Source: an uncultured bacterium (GTDB taxonomy: Bacteria; Margulisbacteria; Marinamargulisbacteria; SXXA01). Taken from it: a DNA stretch of 64,000 nucleotides. The notes under the pieces were generated by a model. The model was not told the DNA's origin and did no database searches. It saw only the letters and a list, made by a program, of their open reading frames with translations. This document shows, in pieces, positions 1 to 11,922 of the stretch. A program made the translations under genes and the position numbers. Position 1 is the first letter of the stretch. Each line of letters starts with the position of its first letter. The DNA lies in the NCBI GenBank assembly GCA_903864835.1, contig CAIPHK010000031.1, positions 188 to 64,187 on the forward strand. Direction: 5' to 3'.

Positions 1-1020
1 CATCAGCGTAACGAGTATTTGAAAATGGTGGATGAATTAGATGTGACGACCGGCTCAATTGACGATAAATTGACCTATATAGGCCTCATTAAGGACGACC
101 CAAAGTTTTTCGTTAGGGTCCTTGATCTCGTGGTCGGTCAGACATTGAGTGATGCGCAACAGACGGTTCTTGAGTCAATGATTCGGGAAAAAATTCAGCT
201 GAGGAATCCACGCCAGCTGGCACTGTGGATACAAGAATTTTTGGCGGTCCCATGTGACTCACCAAACGATCCCAATCGACTTGGGCTTCAAAAATTACTC
301 ACTGACGAATGGGAATTGGCGGTTGTAAAATCGTTTGATCACCATAAGTCTCTTCTTGATGTGACAGAGTTGCCCAAATTGCTTCAGTCCACCAATGTCG
401 AGATTCAACGGGTGACTTGGAATCGCCTGGCAAACGAGGTGAGTAATCATCCGCATGAGGCGCATCGCCTAGTATGGTCCCGAGACAGCATGATCGATGG
501 TTTGACCGAGGCGCTGAGGTCCGACCACTTGGATATTCGTGACAATGCACGCAGCGTCAGTGTGGAGTGTGCCCCGGTTTTATTTCGGCACAATCAATTT
601 CATGAAAATCGAGGGCTATTTTGTGAGATGCTCCAACTGATTCCGTTGTGTAATCCCCAATCAGGAAACCCCCTTGGGGGTGCGGCTGGCAAATGGCGTC
701 AGGCAATGGCGGATTTCTGGACAGAGGTAAAAGATGTTCCCAGTGACCAATGCCCTCCAAGAGGTCGGATCGATATGATTCGGTCAGTGGATCAAAAATG
801 GGACGCAATATTTCCGTCAACGTACAAGCGTGCCATTCATCGCATGATTCATGACGGGTTTTCTCAAATGGATTTTGCAGAAAAAGACGGGTTGATGGTG
901 GGACTCTTTGTTTATTGCGGCCATTTATATTCTAAGGGTAAATTAGTTAAGGCAGAGATCGTATTGTCTGGGTTGACGGACTCAATGAAATCCCTGATGA
1001 AGAGTGGAGATAACGAATGA
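1..1020 (+). CDS. Hypothetical, largely helical protein; frame open to the window edge, so probably 5'-partial
   Basis: ORF 19..1020; in-frame codons 1-18 have no stop; its TGA overlaps the xth ATG (ATGA coupling); no motif recognised. Confidence 0.7.
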   Translation, partial: HQRNEYLKMVDELDVTTGSIDDKLTYIGLIKDDPKFFVRVLDLVVGQTLSDAQQTVLESMIREKIQLRNPRQLALWIQEFLAVPCDSPNDPNRLGLQKLLTDEWELAVVKSFDHHKSLLDVTELPKLLQSTNVEIQRVTWNRLANEVSNHPHEAHRLVWSRDSMIDGLTEALRSDHLDIRDNARSVSVECAPVLFRHNQFHENRGLFCEMLQLIPLCNPQSGNPLGGAAGKWRQAMADFWTEVKDVPSDQCPPRGRIDMIRSVDQKWDAIFPSTYKRAIHRMIHDGFSQMDFAEKDGLMVGLFVYCGHLYSKGKLVKAEIVLSGLTDSMKSLMKSGDNE

Positions 1021-1781
1021 AATTGATGTCTTGGAACGTAAACGGAATTAGGGCCTGTTATAACAAGGGCGCTCTGTTTGATTTTTTAAACTCTGAAATG
1101 CCCGATATCTTGGGTCTCCAAGAAACCAAAATATCCGAAGATCAATTGACCGATGAACTGATGAATCCGTTGGGATATCACACCATTTGGCATTCGGGGA
1201 AAAAGAAAGGCTACAGCGGGGTAGCCATTTTTACTCGGAAGAAACCGATCTCGGTATCGGAAGGATTCGGAAATTCGCGCTATGACGACGAAGGTCGGGT
1301 AATCTCCGCCGACTTCGGTGATTTTATTTTTTTCTCGGTCTATTTTCCGAACGGCCAAAAGGACGAACATCGACTTGCGTATAAACTCGATTTTTATCGG
1401 GACTTTTTTGCCCATTGCAACGATCTCCGAGACGAAGGTCGAACGGTCATTATTGCGGGGGACTACAACACTGCCCACAAGGAAATCGACCTGGCGCGGC
1501 CAAAAGACAACCAAGATTATTCTGGCTTTTTACCTATTGAGCGCGAGTGGCTGGATCGTGTGATTGATATGGGGTACGTGGATACGTTTCGCCACTTTGA
1601 ACCGGGCCCCAATCACTACAGTTGGTGGACGTTCCGGGCGGGCGCTCGCGAACGCAATGTTGGTTGGCGTATTGATTACCTATTTTGCAACACCGATTTT
1701 TTACCCCGCGTTAAAGATGCGTATATTTTGCCGAAGGTGTTGGGTTCGGATCATTGCCCTGTGGGAATTACCATCAATTAA
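1017..1781 (+). CDS. xth: Exodeoxyribonuclease III / AP endonuclease
   Basis: SWNVNGIR, LQETK, YFPNG, GDYNTAH, GWRIDY and GSDHCP motifs. Confidence 0.97.
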   Translation: MKLMSWNVNGIRACYNKGALFDFLNSEMPDILGLQETKISEDQLTDELMNPLGYHTIWHSGKKKGYSGVAIFTRKKPISVSEGFGNSRYDDEGRVISADFGDFIFFSVYFPNGQKDEHRLAYKLDFYRDFFAHCNDLRDEGRTVIIAGDYNTAHKEIDLARPKDNQDYSGFLPIEREWLDRVIDMGYVDTFRHFEPGPNHYSWWTFRAGARERNVGWRIDYLFCNTDFLPRVKDAYILPKVLGSDHCPVGITIN

Positions 1782-1784
1782 GTA

Positions 1785-2438
1785 ATGCCAAATTTTCAGT
1801 CGGAAACGGTCGAAGAGAAACGGAATCGGGCCGCCACAATCTATGGGCTGTTGAGTAAAGAATATCCCCATGTAACGACGTTTTTAGATCACGGCTCTCC
1901 ATTTCAGCTGTTGATCGCCGTGATTTTGTCGGCGCAATGTACCGATGCCCGAGTAAATCTGGTGACGCCCGCCTTATTCGGGGCGTTTCCAACTGCTGAA
2001 AGGCTAGCCGAGGCGGACCATGACCAGGTGAAAGGGTTGATCGCCTCCGTCAATTATTGCAATGCCAAGACGGAGCATATTATTCGGACGGCGCAAATTT
2101 TGGTGACGTCGTTTAATGGCCAAGTCCCGGTCGAGATGGAGTCGCTACTCACCTTGCCTGGCGTGGGCCGAAAGACCGCTAATGTGGTGAGGGGCCAAGC
2201 ATTTGGGTTGCCGGGGATCACGGTGGATACCCACGTGAACCGGCTGGTTAATCGCCTTGGTTTTGTAAACGATCGAGATCCCGAACGAATTGAACACCAA
2301 TTAGGTGCCATTTGGCAGGACTCAATTTGGAGCGATTTTTCAACCCAATTGATCGTTCACGGGCGCAAAATTTGCGATGCACGACGCCCAAAATGTGATG
2401 AATGTCTACTCAACGAATTATGCCCAAGTGCGGCCTGA
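1785..2438 (+). CDS. nth: Endonuclease III
   Basis: LSAQCTD, HhH LPGVGRKTANVV, VDTHV, C-x6-C-x2-C-x5-C FeS motif. Confidence 0.97.
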   Translation: MPNFQSETVEEKRNRAATIYGLLSKEYPHVTTFLDHGSPFQLLIAVILSAQCTDARVNLVTPALFGAFPTAERLAEADHDQVKGLIASVNYCNAKTEHIIRTAQILVTSFNGQVPVEMESLLTLPGVGRKTANVVRGQAFGLPGITVDTHVNRLVNRLGFVNDRDPERIEHQLGAIWQDSIWSDFSTQLIVHGRKICDARRPKCDECLLNELCPSAA

Positions 2439-2618
2439 GCGGGTTGCGGAAATTTTGAGGCTATTGTACCATTTACCCCCTTTGGTGGGATGCTATTTTG
2501 CTGCTGTCCCGTTATATGTAAAGGGAGGCGCTGGCTTTGCCAGTCCGACCGTGTTTGGTCCGGCGTGAGTGAAGCGAGAGAGGCCAAACAAAATCTAATA
2601 GTAGGAGCCCCGGAACTT

Positions 2619-3227
2619 ATGGAAACTCAAGTAATTGCTGCAAAGCAACGTAAGAATGTTGGTAAAAATGACGCGAAGGCACTTCGCCGTTCAGGATCTG
2701 TTCCTGCGATCATTTATGGTAGTGCAGGCGAGGCGGTTCCTGTGATCGTAAATACCCGCGATTTGATCATGATATATCGCGGTCCGCTAGGGCGAAACAC
2801 TCCGATTACAATCGAATTGGAGACTGAGGGTGGCAGTGTTAAGGAAACCGTAGTTTCCTACCGTGTTGACCGAAACCCATTGTCATTGGCCATTGAACAC
2901 GTTGATTTTCTTCGTGTAACCAATGAAAGCCGCGTCCGTTTGACGGTTCCTTTGAAACTAACTGGAACTGCACCTGGCGTAAAAGTCGGTGGGATGTTGA
3001 TGCAACATATTTCTGAATTGAAGATTGAAGTGTCTCCGCAGCAAATTCCTCAATTTGTTGAAGTGAGTCTTTTAAATTTGGGTGTTAATCAATCGATCAA
3101 GGTTCGGGATATGGAAACGGAACAGTTCCGTATTATATCGCAACCGAATCAAATGATCGTTGCGGTAACCGCTAAGGGTAAGAGCGAGGACGAAACCACT
3201 CCTGGCGCACCAGCCGGCAAGAAATAG
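2619..3227 (+). CDS. rplY: 50S ribosomal protein L25/Ctc
   Basis: ALRRSGSVPAIIYG, HVDF and GVKVGG motifs; start moved to ATG 2619 behind an AGGAG RBS. Confidence 0.93.
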   Translation: METQVIAAKQRKNVGKNDAKALRRSGSVPAIIYGSAGEAVPVIVNTRDLIMIYRGPLGRNTPITIELETEGGSVKETVVSYRVDRNPLSLAIEHVDFLRVTNESRVRLTVPLKLTGTAPGVKVGGMLMQHISELKIEVSPQQIPQFVEVSLLNLGVNQSIKVRDMETEQFRIISQPNQMIVAVTAKGKSEDETTPGAPAGKK

Positions 3228-3231
3228 TCCA

Positions 3232-3759
3232 TTGGATCGGCAGTCGCTTCTTAAGGCGATTAAGTCGGTTGCCTACCTTGAGGGTGACTTTGTTACCCGG
3301 GCAGGCAACCGCACATCCTATTACATTGATAAGTATCTGTTTGAAACGCAACCGGATATTTTGTCGGCATTAGCGGATTGCCTGATGCCCCTTCTACCTC
3401 CTTTGACCGATTTTGATCGGTTGGCGGCACCCGAGCTGGGCGCAGTTTCGATTGCGGCAGTTTTATCCGTGCGGTGTAATAAACCGTTTGTGATTGTCAA
3501 AAAACAGTCCAAAGAGTACGGCACACAACGGATGATCGAGGGGCAATTTTCCCCCGGTGACCGGATGGTCATCATCGAAGATATTTTAACAACCGGGGGC
3601 GCGGCATTGCGTGCCTTGGACGTGTTGCGAACTGAGCGTGTGGCCGTGAGCCATATTATTGGTGTGATCAACCGTGAAGAAGGGGCCTTTGAAAATATTG
3701 TGGCGGCGGGAGTCATTCCGTCAGCGCTATTTTCAACCACTGATCTCAAGACGTGCTGA
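3232..3759 (+). CDS. pyrE: Orotate phosphoribosyltransferase
   Basis: YYIDKY, KEYGT, PRPP-binding IIEDILTTGG; adjacent to pyrF. Confidence 0.92.
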   Translation: MDRQSLLKAIKSVAYLEGDFVTRAGNRTSYYIDKYLFETQPDILSALADCLMPLLPPLTDFDRLAAPELGAVSIAAVLSVRCNKPFVIVKKQSKEYGTQRMIEGQFSPGDRMVIIEDILTTGGAALRALDVLRTERVAVSHIIGVINREEGAFENIVAAGVIPSALFSTTDLKTC

Positions 3760-4550
3760 ACCCGGTTATTCGGCAACTGGCGGATAATGCCGCTCGGTTT
3801 CGAACCCATGTGTGTGTCGGTCTTGATCCTGACATCAAAAAATTGCCCGACGGATTTCTTCCCACAGTGGACGGAGTTGGGGCATTTCTTCGTGAGGTGA
3901 TTAAGGCGTCGGCGGGACTGTGTATCGCCTACAAACCAAATATCTCGTTTTTTGAGGCCTTAGGGATTCCGGGGCTAGCGTTGTTGGCGGATCTGCGCGC
4001 GGATTGTCCGGCCGGCGTGCCCTGGATCATTGACGCCAAGCGGGGCGATATCGGGAATACCTCTGCGATGCAGGCTCGGTTCTTGTTCGATCAATTAGGA
4101 GCGGATGCGGTGACCCTGCATCCTTATATGGGCGAGGATAGTGTGGCGCCTTTTTTTGACTATAGAGATAAATTGAGTTTTGTACTTGCACTTACGTCAA
4201 ATCCCGGTGCCGCGACCTTCGAGAAGCTCAAGATGGCCTCTGGGGCGACGGTGTGGGAGACGGTAGTCAGCCAGTGTGTAAAGTGGCATGAACAATGGGG
4301 AAACCTGGGGTTGGTGGTCGGTGGGACCCAAGGGGAACTTCGTGATGTCCGAGCAGTAGCGGGACGGTTGCCATTCTTGATACCTGGTGTGGGCGCTCAG
4401 GGTGCGGCGTATTCTGATGTTCAATCCGTGGCGGCGGTTGATGGGCATGTGGCCGTTATCAATATGTCGCGGTCCGTTTTGTATTGCGACTCAAGTCACC
4501 ACTTTGCCCAATCCATTCGAGATGAACTGGGCAAGTTTAGAGCGATTTAG
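3753..4550 (+). CDS. pyrF: Orotidine-5'-phosphate decarboxylase
   Basis: CVGLDP, YKPNISFFE, IDAKRGDIGNT, LIPGVGAQG. Confidence 0.95.
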   Translation: MLNPVIRQLADNAARFRTHVCVGLDPDIKKLPDGFLPTVDGVGAFLREVIKASAGLCIAYKPNISFFEALGIPGLALLADLRADCPAGVPWIIDAKRGDIGNTSAMQARFLFDQLGADAVTLHPYMGEDSVAPFFDYRDKLSFVLALTSNPGAATFEKLKMASGATVWETVVSQCVKWHEQWGNLGLVVGGTQGELRDVRAVAGRLPFLIPGVGAQGAAYSDVQSVAAVDGHVAVINMSRSVLYCDSSHHFAQSIRDELGKFRAI

Positions 4551-4556
4551 CCCGGT

Positions 4557-5627
4557 CTAGGCGGCGCTTTTTCGGAAGGATTCCAACCGTCCACGACGGG
4601 TCGGATGACGAAGTTTTCGGAGTGCTTTTTCTTCGATCTGACGGATTCTTTCTCGGGTAACATTGTAGACCCGTCCCACTTCTTCCAGTGTTCGCGGACG
4701 TCCATCATCAAACCCAAATCGTAGCTTCAAAATCATCTGTTCACGTTCTGTGAGAATGTCCATTGCACGAAGAAGTTCTTCACGAAGGATAATTCGCATC
4801 GTGATGCTTTCCGGCGCTTCCAGATTTTTGTCTTCGATAAAGTCGCCCAATTGAGACGAGTCTTCGTCACCGATTGGCATTTCCAACGACAACGGAATTT
4901 GGGAGTACTTACGAATTGCAATGATGTTATCAAGTGGAATATCGGTACGTTCCGCGACTTCTTCGTCCGACGGCTTTCGTCCCAACTCTTGCATCAACAT
5001 TCGGGATACTTTTTTTACTTTGTAGATGGTCTCAACCATGTGCACCGGTACGCGAATCGTGCGTGATTGATCGGCAATTGCCCGTGTAATACCCTGTTTG
5101 ATCCACCATGTGGCGTAAGTGGAAAACTTAAACCCTTTGGTGTAGTCAAATTTTTCAGCGGCACGAATCAACCCTGTATTACCTTCTTGAATCAAGTCCA
5201 AAAACAATAATCCTTGGCCAGTATATTTTTTTGCAATCGAGACAACCAACCGAAGGTTGGCATTGATTAACCGTTGTTTAGCATCTTCGTCACCGGCGGC
5301 TACGGCTTTTGCCAGCTCGATTTCTTCTTCTTGAGTCAATAAATTGATGGTTCCAATTTCGCGAAGATACATTTTAACCGAGTCATCCAAATCCAGTGAT
5401 TTGTCAATTTCAGCGGTTACAGTAGGTTCTTTAGTCGGTTCTTCCTCAGTAGTGGAGGCGTCGGCGACTTCAGACCCGGTATCCAGGATTTCTTCGATTT
5501 CATCAATTACCGATTCAGGGCGATCAAATGTAGATAGGATGTCATCCGGGGATAAAAATCCGGATTCTTCTCCGATTTCTTTCAGTTGATTCAGCTTGGT
5601 TCTAGCATCCGCTTCACCGAACTCCAT
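4557..5627 (-). CDS. rpoD: Primary sigma factor SigA/RpoD, short type without the large non-conserved region
   Basis: [52 protein letters not shown]; start set at ATG 5627 behind AGGAG. Confidence 0.96.
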   Translation of the reverse strand: MEFGEADARTKLNQLKEIGEESGFLSPDDILSTFDRPESVIDEIEEILDTGSEVADASTTEEEPTKEPTVTAEIDKSLDLDDSVKMYLREIGTINLLTQEEEIELAKAVAAGDEDAKQRLINANLRLVVSIAKKYTGQGLLFLDLIQEGNTGLIRAAEKFDYTKGFKFSTYATWWIKQGITRAIADQSRTIRVPVHMVETIYKVKKVSRMLMQELGRKPSDEEVAERTDIPLDNIIAIRKYSQIPLSLEMPIGDEDSSQLGDFIEDKNLEAPESITMRIILREELLRAMDILTEREQMILKLRFGFDDGRPRTLEEVGRVYNVTRERIRQIEEKALRKLRHPTRRGRLESFRKSAA

Positions 5628-5751
5628 AGGGGCGTCTCCTGGTTTTTTTGTAGATTTTTTGGGGCAAAGTGTAATTATAGTGCTCACAATTTGCAGAGAC
5701 AAGGTCTTGTTGCGAATATGACTTGCGACGGAGTCTGTTGTTGCTGCATAA

Positions 5752-6723
5752 TTGATATATATGCTCTTAAAAATGGTACTCCCCACAGTTATCGGTTTTT
5801 TTTTGATTTTTGTTTCAACTATTTTTGGCCGGTCATTGGTGACAACGCCAATAAGCTGGGATTTATCCAATGCGCCTCATTGGAATGACTATCTGGACGG
5901 TGCAACGATTACGACCGATTCGGTTCATGTAGGAAGTCGCTATATTGTGCATCCTCCGAGCGATGTACGCGCTTCTGTGGAGTGTAGTGTGGTGTCCACC
6001 GGGAATGGGCTATATATGTATACATACAAAGTGACCAACATCGGGTCACGACCCGTTGCTGCGGTTGCATTGGATGCGTTGGGTGAGATTGCCAACCTGA
6101 GTCGTCTGAGTGGGCAACTGATTCATGGAAAGTATGTATGGAATTATGCGAAATCTGAGGGTGTTAAACGGCAGTTTTATTCTATTGTTTGGAATGGAAA
6201 ACAGGGTGGCTATACCGCAACAGAATACGGATTATCCCCGGCTCAAATGGGGGAATTTGTACTCGAAAGTCCGAGTCCCCCTGGCAGTGTACAATTGTCG
6301 GTTCGAGGGATCGGGTGGGTGATTGATGGTGTCGATAATCAAATTGTGACACCTCCGGTTGATTTTTGGGTCACCGGGCCGGTGTTCGGGCCCGTTCAGG
6401 CGTTGGCCGGAATGAACCGTGAGGAACTTCTGGCGTATATCGCCTCTCAATCGGTTGTGGCAGTTGACCGAGGCTGGGTGACCGGGAACGCGAGAGTGGC
6501 GCTGTCCGCAATGATGTCCCAAATTGAGGAAGCGTCGGGGACCACTCGGAATGGGGTTGTCGTGATCGCTGCATTGAATGAATTGTCTTTAGGGCTGAAT
6601 GAATTGGGATCAGGGTCCTTTTCCAAAGACCTGGCAAATACTGATTTTGTTCGATATCTCTCCGTGAGCCTTCGATATTATTATGACCGATTTTGTAATG
6701 TGGGGGGTTCAAAAAAATGGTAA
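5752..6723 (+). CDS. Hypothetical exported or membrane-anchored protein with a probable beta-sandwich domain
   Basis: Hydrophobic N-terminus; YMYTYKVTN and [10 protein letters not shown] beta-rich segments; coupled to folD. Confidence 0.65.
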   Translation: MIYMLLKMVLPTVIGFFLIFVSTIFGRSLVTTPISWDLSNAPHWNDYLDGATITTDSVHVGSRYIVHPPSDVRASVECSVVSTGNGLYMYTYKVTNIGSRPVAAVALDALGEIANLSRLSGQLIHGKYVWNYAKSEGVKRQFYSIVWNGKQGGYTATEYGLSPAQMGEFVLESPSPPGSVQLSVRGIGWVIDGVDNQIVTPPVDFWVTGPVFGPVQALAGMNREELLAYIASQSVVAVDRGWVTGNARVALSAMMSQIEEASGTTRNGVVVIAALNELSLGLNELGSGSFSKDLANTDFVRYLSVSLRYYYDRFCNVGGSKKW

Positions 6724-7613
6724 CAACGGTGTTGGATGGAAAAGTGGTGAGTGAAGCGATGCTTCAATCCCTGGCCCAGCATATTCGGACGATTCATCTT
6801 CAAACTGAACGTGATCCCGGATTGGCGGTGGTACTTGTGGGAGATAATCCTGCCTCGCGAGTCTATGTTGAAGCAAAAAAGAAAGCGTGCGCCAAAGTAG
6901 GCATTAATTCTTTCGATTATCGATTGGCGCCGGAAGAAGGTGAAGGGGCGCTGATCGACCTCATATCCCATCTAAACGCGGATCCGGATATCCACGGGAT
7001 ATTGGTTCAATTGCCCCTTCCCAATGGGTTTGATCAACAAAAAATTATTGAGTTGATTAACCCTTCAAAAGACGTCGATGGATTTCATCCAATGAACGTA
7101 GGTCGGGTATGGCAAGGGCTGCCTGGGTTTAAGTCATGTACCCCGTATGGCGTATTTGAATTGCTTCGTTATTATGATGTTCCCGTTGAAGGTAAACATG
7201 TTGTGATTATCGGACGGTCTAATATTGTCGGGAAGCCGTTGGCCTCCATTTTGGTCCAGCGGGCGGCCGGCGCAAACGCAACAGTGACTATTTGCCATTC
7301 CAAATCAGAGAATCTACTCAAATTGACTCAAAGTGCTGATATTTTGGTGGCGGCAATCGGGGTCCCGGGGTTTGTGACGGCCGATATGGTGAGGCCTGGG
7401 GCGGTTGTCGTTGATGTAGGAATCAATCGGGTGGAAGATTCGGCTGCAAAAAGTGGCTATCGGGTGGTGGGAGATGTTGATTTTAAATCGGTGTCCGCGG
7501 TTTGCGGGCCGATAACGCCGGTGCCAGGTGGGGTAGGGCCGATGACGATTGCCATGTTAATGAAAAATACGGTGGAGTCGTTCGAGCGGCATATTGCGGA
7601 GGTTAACAAATGA
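6717..7613 (+). CDS. folD: Methylenetetrahydrofolate dehydrogenase/cyclohydrolase
   Basis: GILVQLPLP, KDVDGFHP, GRSNIVGKP, TPVPGGVGPMT. Confidence 0.97.
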   Translation: MVTTVLDGKVVSEAMLQSLAQHIRTIHLQTERDPGLAVVLVGDNPASRVYVEAKKKACAKVGINSFDYRLAPEEGEGALIDLISHLNADPDIHGILVQLPLPNGFDQQKIIELINPSKDVDGFHPMNVGRVWQGLPGFKSCTPYGVFELLRYYDVPVEGKHVVIIGRSNIVGKPLASILVQRAAGANATVTICHSKSENLLKLTQSADILVAAIGVPGFVTADMVRPGAVVVDVGINRVEDSAAKSGYRVVGDVDFKSVSAVCGPITPVPGGVGPMTIAMLMKNTVESFERHIAEVNK

Positions 7614-8179
7614 TTGAACGGTTTTTTAATGAGTCCATTTCTGTAAAGCAACGTATTTTAAATGATTCGGACTTGATGGCCATTATTTATCGGGCTGCAG
7701 ATACCTGTAAAGCGGCGTTACTGGATGGTAAGAAGATTATTTTAGCGGGAAATGGGGGGAGCTTTGCGGATGCCCAACATATATCCGCAGAATTCACAGG
7801 ACGATTTCTTCTCGAACGGCCGTCTTTGCCGGCCATTGCGCTAGGGTGCAATAGCTCTGCCATGTCCGCCATTGGAAATGATTATGGATTTGATCAAACC
7901 TTTTCGAGGGAGCTGTCGTCGTTGGGTGTTGCAGGGGATGTATTTTTACCAATATCGACGAGTGGGAATAGCGCGAATATTTTGGCCGCTGTAGAGATTG
8001 CGATTCAAAAGGGGATTCATATATTTGGATTGACGGGGTATACCGGCGGTAAATTGGCGGGAATGTGTCCGTGTATTCAAGTCCCGTCGGGATCGACTCC
8101 TCGGGTTCAAGAGGCGCATATTTTAATTGGACATAGCATCTGTGGATATATCGACGATGCGCTTTATCGGGGACGTTAG
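7610..8179 (+). CDS. gmhA: Phosphoheptose isomerase
   Basis: [29 protein letters not shown]. Confidence 0.95.
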   Translation: MIERFFNESISVKQRILNDSDLMAIIYRAADTCKAALLDGKKIILAGNGGSFADAQHISAEFTGRFLLERPSLPAIALGCNSSAMSAIGNDYGFDQTFSRELSSLGVAGDVFLPISTSGNSANILAAVEIAIQKGIHIFGLTGYTGGKLAGMCPCIQVPSGSTPRVQEAHILIGHSICGYIDDALYRGR

Positions 8180-8180
8180 C

Positions 8181-9065
8181 ATGGAGAACGATCGGCCCTG
8201 GAAGGGGATTGTTTTGGCCGGCGGGACGGGTTCCCGACTTCATCCGGTTACACGGGCCACATCCAAACAATTGCTTCCGGTGTACGACAAACCGATGATC
8301 TACTATCCCTTGTCCGTGTTGATGCTGGCGGGGATTAGAGATGTGATTGTGATTGCAACGCCTGACGATGTGGATCGATTTTCGTTGCTTTTGGGTGACG
8401 GAAGCCAATGGGGGATTACGATCGAGTATGCCGTGCAACCTAAGCCTGAAGGGATTGCCCAGGCTTTTTTAGTCGCCGAACCATTGATTCGTGGCTATCG
8501 AACGGCATTGGTATTGGGAGATAACGTGTTTTATGGCGGCGGCTTTACAAATATTCTCCAGTCAGTCGTTAAGCGTAGATCTGGCGCCACAATTTTTGCG
8601 TATTATGTTAAGGATCCAGAACGATTTGGGGTCGTTGAATTTGATGAGAATCAGCGGGTGATTCATATCGAGGAAAAGCCTAAAAAGCCCCGATCCTCGT
8701 ATGCGGTGACCGGTTTGTATTTTTATGATGAGACTGTGGTAGACCGGGTTAAAAAATTAACGCCGTCGGCCCGGGGTGAACTGGAAATTACTGATTTGAA
8801 TGGATCCTACCTTCGGGACGGGGTTTTGAACGTCGAACTATTAAGTCGCGGGTTTGCCTGGTTGGATACGGGGACTCATCAATCATTGTTGGACGCGGCA
8901 CAATTTGTGGCATCGGTGGATAATCGGCAGAATTTAAAAATCGCATGTCTCGAAGAGATCGCGTATCAATCCGGATGGATTTCTAGGGAATCGCTGCTGT
9001 CCATGGCAAGTGCGTTGGCCAAGACGGATTACGGGGATTATCTCCTTCGTGTGGCAGCGGAATGA
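8181..9065 (+). CDS. rmlA: Glucose-1-phosphate thymidylyltransferase
   Basis: [44 protein letters not shown]; start at ATG 8181. Confidence 0.97.
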   Translation: MENDRPWKGIVLAGGTGSRLHPVTRATSKQLLPVYDKPMIYYPLSVLMLAGIRDVIVIATPDDVDRFSLLLGDGSQWGITIEYAVQPKPEGIAQAFLVAEPLIRGYRTALVLGDNVFYGGGFTNILQSVVKRRSGATIFAYYVKDPERFGVVEFDENQRVIHIEEKPKKPRSSYAVTGLYFYDETVVDRVKKLTPSARGELEITDLNGSYLRDGVLNVELLSRGFAWLDTGTHQSLLDAAQFVASVDNRQNLKIACLEEIAYQSGWISRESLLSMASALAKTDYGDYLLRVAAE

Positions 9066-10072
9066 ACTCAATTTTAGTAACCGGTGGCGCTGGGTTCATT
9101 GGGTCAAACTATGTTCTTGATTGGGTCGCCAAGGCGAGTGATGATCGCCGATTGGTGGTACTCGATTCTCTGACGTACGCCGGGGATTTGGATCATTTGT
9201 CTGCCATCTCCGGAAAATTTACTTTTGTTCAAGGGGATATTGCGGATTCTGCCTTGGTGAATCGTGTATTTGAGGAGTATTCCGTCGATCAGGTGGTTCA
9301 TTTTGCAGCAGAGAGTCATGTGGATAATTCCATCACCGATCCGGGTCTTTTTGTCCGGACGAATGTTTTAGGGACATTCTCACTCATTGAAGCGGCCCGA
9401 AATACCTGGATGGAGGCCCCCTTTCAAGTCAGACCTGGCTTTGAAAAGGCGCGGTTTTTACATGTATCCACTGACGAGGTTTTTGGAACATTAAGCGAGT
9501 CCGGTACGTTTTCAGAAACATCGCCGTACGCACCAAATTCCCCGTACAGCGCGACAAAAGCGGGAAGCGATTTTTTGGTTCGGAGTTATTTCCATACCTA
9601 TGGATTAAATGTCGTGACCACGAATTGTTCTAATAATTACGGACCCCGCCAACACGATGAAAAGTTGATTCCAACGATTATTCGGTCGGCCCTGGCGAAT
9701 CGGCCGATCCCGATTTATGGGACCGGTGAGAACATCCGGGATTGGTTGTTTGTGGGGGATCATTGTGGGGCGATTCAACGGGTGATGGACGCTGGGATCG
9801 CTGGGGAAACCTATTTGATTGGGTCTCGAAATGAATGGACGAATAACCGAATCGTCGCTGCTATTTGTAAGATCCTCGATGAAAAAATGCCGCGAAGCGA
9901 TGGTCGACCCTATTCGGATCAGATTACCTACGTGGCGGACCGACCTGGGCATGATTTGCGGTATGCCATTGATCCGTCGAAGATTGAGTCTGAGTTGGGA
10001 TGGACTGCGCCGACCTCGTTTTCGGACGGGCTTGAATTGACCGTGGATTGGTATATAAGGAGATTTAAATAA
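9062..10072 (+). CDS. rmlB: dTDP-glucose 4,6-dehydratase
   Basis: [37 protein letters not shown]. Confidence 0.97.
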   Translation: MNSILVTGGAGFIGSNYVLDWVAKASDDRRLVVLDSLTYAGDLDHLSAISGKFTFVQGDIADSALVNRVFEEYSVDQVVHFAAESHVDNSITDPGLFVRTNVLGTFSLIEAARNTWMEAPFQVRPGFEKARFLHVSTDEVFGTLSESGTFSETSPYAPNSPYSATKAGSDFLVRSYFHTYGLNVVTTNCSNNYGPRQHDEKLIPTIIRSALANRPIPIYGTGENIRDWLFVGDHCGAIQRVMDAGIAGETYLIGSRNEWTNNRIVAAICKILDEKMPRSDGRPYSDQITYVADRPGHDLRYAIDPSKIESELGWTAPTSFSDGLELTVDWYIRRFK

Positions 10073-10770
10073 TGTTACTGGGTGTCAATATCGATCATGT
10101 CGCAACCTTGCGTCAGCAGCGAAAAGAAGGCGATCCCGATTTAATCGCAGCGACACATGAGGTCCTTGCGGGTGGTGCGGATGGGATTACCGTCCATCTT
10201 CGTGAAGATCGACGACATATTCAGGATGACGATGTCATTCAATTGCGGCACATTGTGCCTCGGCTGAATCTTGAGATGGCGGCCACGGATGAAATGGTTC
10301 AGTTTGCGCTTGGGATACGTCCCGATTTTGTATGCCTGGTTCCCGAGAAACGCGAGGAATTAACGACGGAGGGCGGGCTCGATGTGATCCGGAATGAAGG
10401 CCGAATCGAATCCTGTGTGGATCGGTTACAGTCGGCGGGGATTTTGGTGTCATTGTTTATTGATCCCGAAATTCCTCAGGTTCAGGCGGCCCAACGGGTA
10501 GGAGCGGCTTACGTCGAACTTCACACGGGTGTATATGCAGTTGAAGTGGAGTCTAGAGTTCCCTTACGTGCACTTCAGGCAGCGGCGAGTTACGCCAAAT
10601 TGCTGGGGGTACGGGTGAATGCCGGTCATGGGCTGAAATATCACAACGTTTCGGCGATTGCCCGGATTTCAGAAATTGAAGAATTAAATATTGGACATAG
10701 CATTGTGGCACGGGCGTTAACGGTTGGTTTACGGCAAGCGGTGGTGGAAATGAAGTTATTGGTCTTGTAG
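10072..10770 (+). CDS. pdxJ: Pyridoxine 5'-phosphate synthase
   Basis: [38 protein letters not shown]. Confidence 0.97.
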   Translation: MLLGVNIDHVATLRQQRKEGDPDLIAATHEVLAGGADGITVHLREDRRHIQDDDVIQLRHIVPRLNLEMAATDEMVQFALGIRPDFVCLVPEKREELTTEGGLDVIRNEGRIESCVDRLQSAGILVSLFIDPEIPQVQAAQRVGAAYVELHTGVYAVEVESRVPLRALQAAASYAKLLGVRVNAGHGLKYHNVSAIARISEIEELNIGHSIVARALTVGLRQAVVEMKLLVL

Positions 10771-11886
10771 CTGTAGAGTGTTCATAAACGCCTGAGTCTC
10801 AGTGCCAGTGGGGCGGTCTTTGGGATCGAAGGACACCATGTCTAAGATGAACTTGGTGAGCTTAAGAGGAACCTCTAACTTGTCCATTTCAGTCTTTGCC
10901 GAGATTGAATATGTATTTCGACGTAAATTATCTTGGTGGACACCCGGATCGTCATAATCGGTATGGTATTCTTTGCCAGTAACCATTTGGTACATCATTG
11001 CGCCCACGGTATAAACGTCTGAACGATCGCAGTATTTTCCGTCCCAGCCTTCAGGTGGCATATGTTTTGGATCTACAGGGGTGGTTGCTATTGAAAAGTG
11101 AATTTTTTCCCCTCGTTCGGAATGGGGGATCGGGATTGCACTATCAAAATCAACCAGGGTCAGCTGCTTTGTATCTTTAGCCCGGATGATGTTGTCGAAT
11201 GTGATATTACGATGGCAGACACCCCCTTCACTGAGCGCGGCGAGCATTTCTCCCAGACATTTGAGATCGGCTACCTTACACTGAGGGGTGGTGGGGGCTT
11301 CCATTGGGGTTGATCGAATATGCTCGAAGGCGATAAATTGAACTATTTTAGTACTGTCCAATGACTCGTAATAACCGAAGGCTTTGCTTTTGATCACGTA
11401 GGGACTGTCGATTTGCCTGAGCATTTGATGCGTATGGGTCACCGCTTTGATGCCGGCTGCAGTGGCTAATTTTTTTTCTTCAAACGTGGCGCCGGTGACG
11501 TTGACTTGTTTAATAACAACTGTTGCGGAGGCCTCCGATGGGTATTCTATTCTCTTGTCGTAAGGCCCCATTATCCCTTGGCGGACGGAAGATCCTCTTC
11601 GAATAGGTTGGGCTACGACCATCGACGTTCCTTTGCCATCGAGGAGGATGACTTCATCACTGATTTTGGTTCCTCTCGTTATTCCAGGGGGGTTAAAATT
11701 CGTTGGAACTAGATCCAGTACCGTGGGCTTCGTTATATCTTGGAATTGGGTAAGCGCTTCCTCGAATGTGGGGCGTTGCTCCACCCCAACTGCAATCCGA
11801 TTCTCTCCAGCAGATTCGGGCCCAACCGCCAGCATCGCTTCAATCAATTGCTTGAGTTGGGGCGTCATTCCCTCAACACGGTCCAA
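10756..11886 (-). CDS. Hanks-type pseudokinase domain; 3' part of a tandem kinase gene split by an in-frame TGA
   Basis: [12 protein letters not shown] (catalytic D replaced by N), VDFD, PPE, SDVYTVG, DPKDRP; in frame with 11923..12663, and its first ~45 residues complete the upstream kinase C-lobe. Confidence 0.8.
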   Translation of the reverse strand: MDRVEGMTPQLKQLIEAMLAVGPESAGENRIAVGVEQRPTFEEALTQFQDITKPTVLDLVPTNFNPPGITRGTKISDEVILLDGKGTSMVVAQPIRRGSSVRQGIMGPYDKRIEYPSEASATVVIKQVNVTGATFEEKKLATAAGIKAVTHTHQMLRQIDSPYVIKSKAFGYYESLDSTKIVQFIAFEHIRSTPMEAPTTPQCKVADLKCLGEMLAALSEGGVCHRNITFDNIIRAKDTKQLTLVDFDSAIPIPHSERGEKIHFSIATTPVDPKHMPPEGWDGKYCDRSDVYTVGAMMYQMVTGKEYHTDYDDPGVHQDNLRRNTYSISAKTEMDKLEVPLKLTKFILDMVSFDPKDRPTGTETQAFMNTLQLQDQ

Positions 11887-11922
11887 TAGGGCGAATTCGG
11901 GGGTTTTGTCGCCGTATAGAGA

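Noticed and set aside
5628-5870. N-terminal extensions of rpoD (and of rplY, 2490-2618) in the ORF track
   Set aside because: Good AGGAG RBSs sit at the downstream ATGs; the rpoD extension overlaps the divergent gene 5752.
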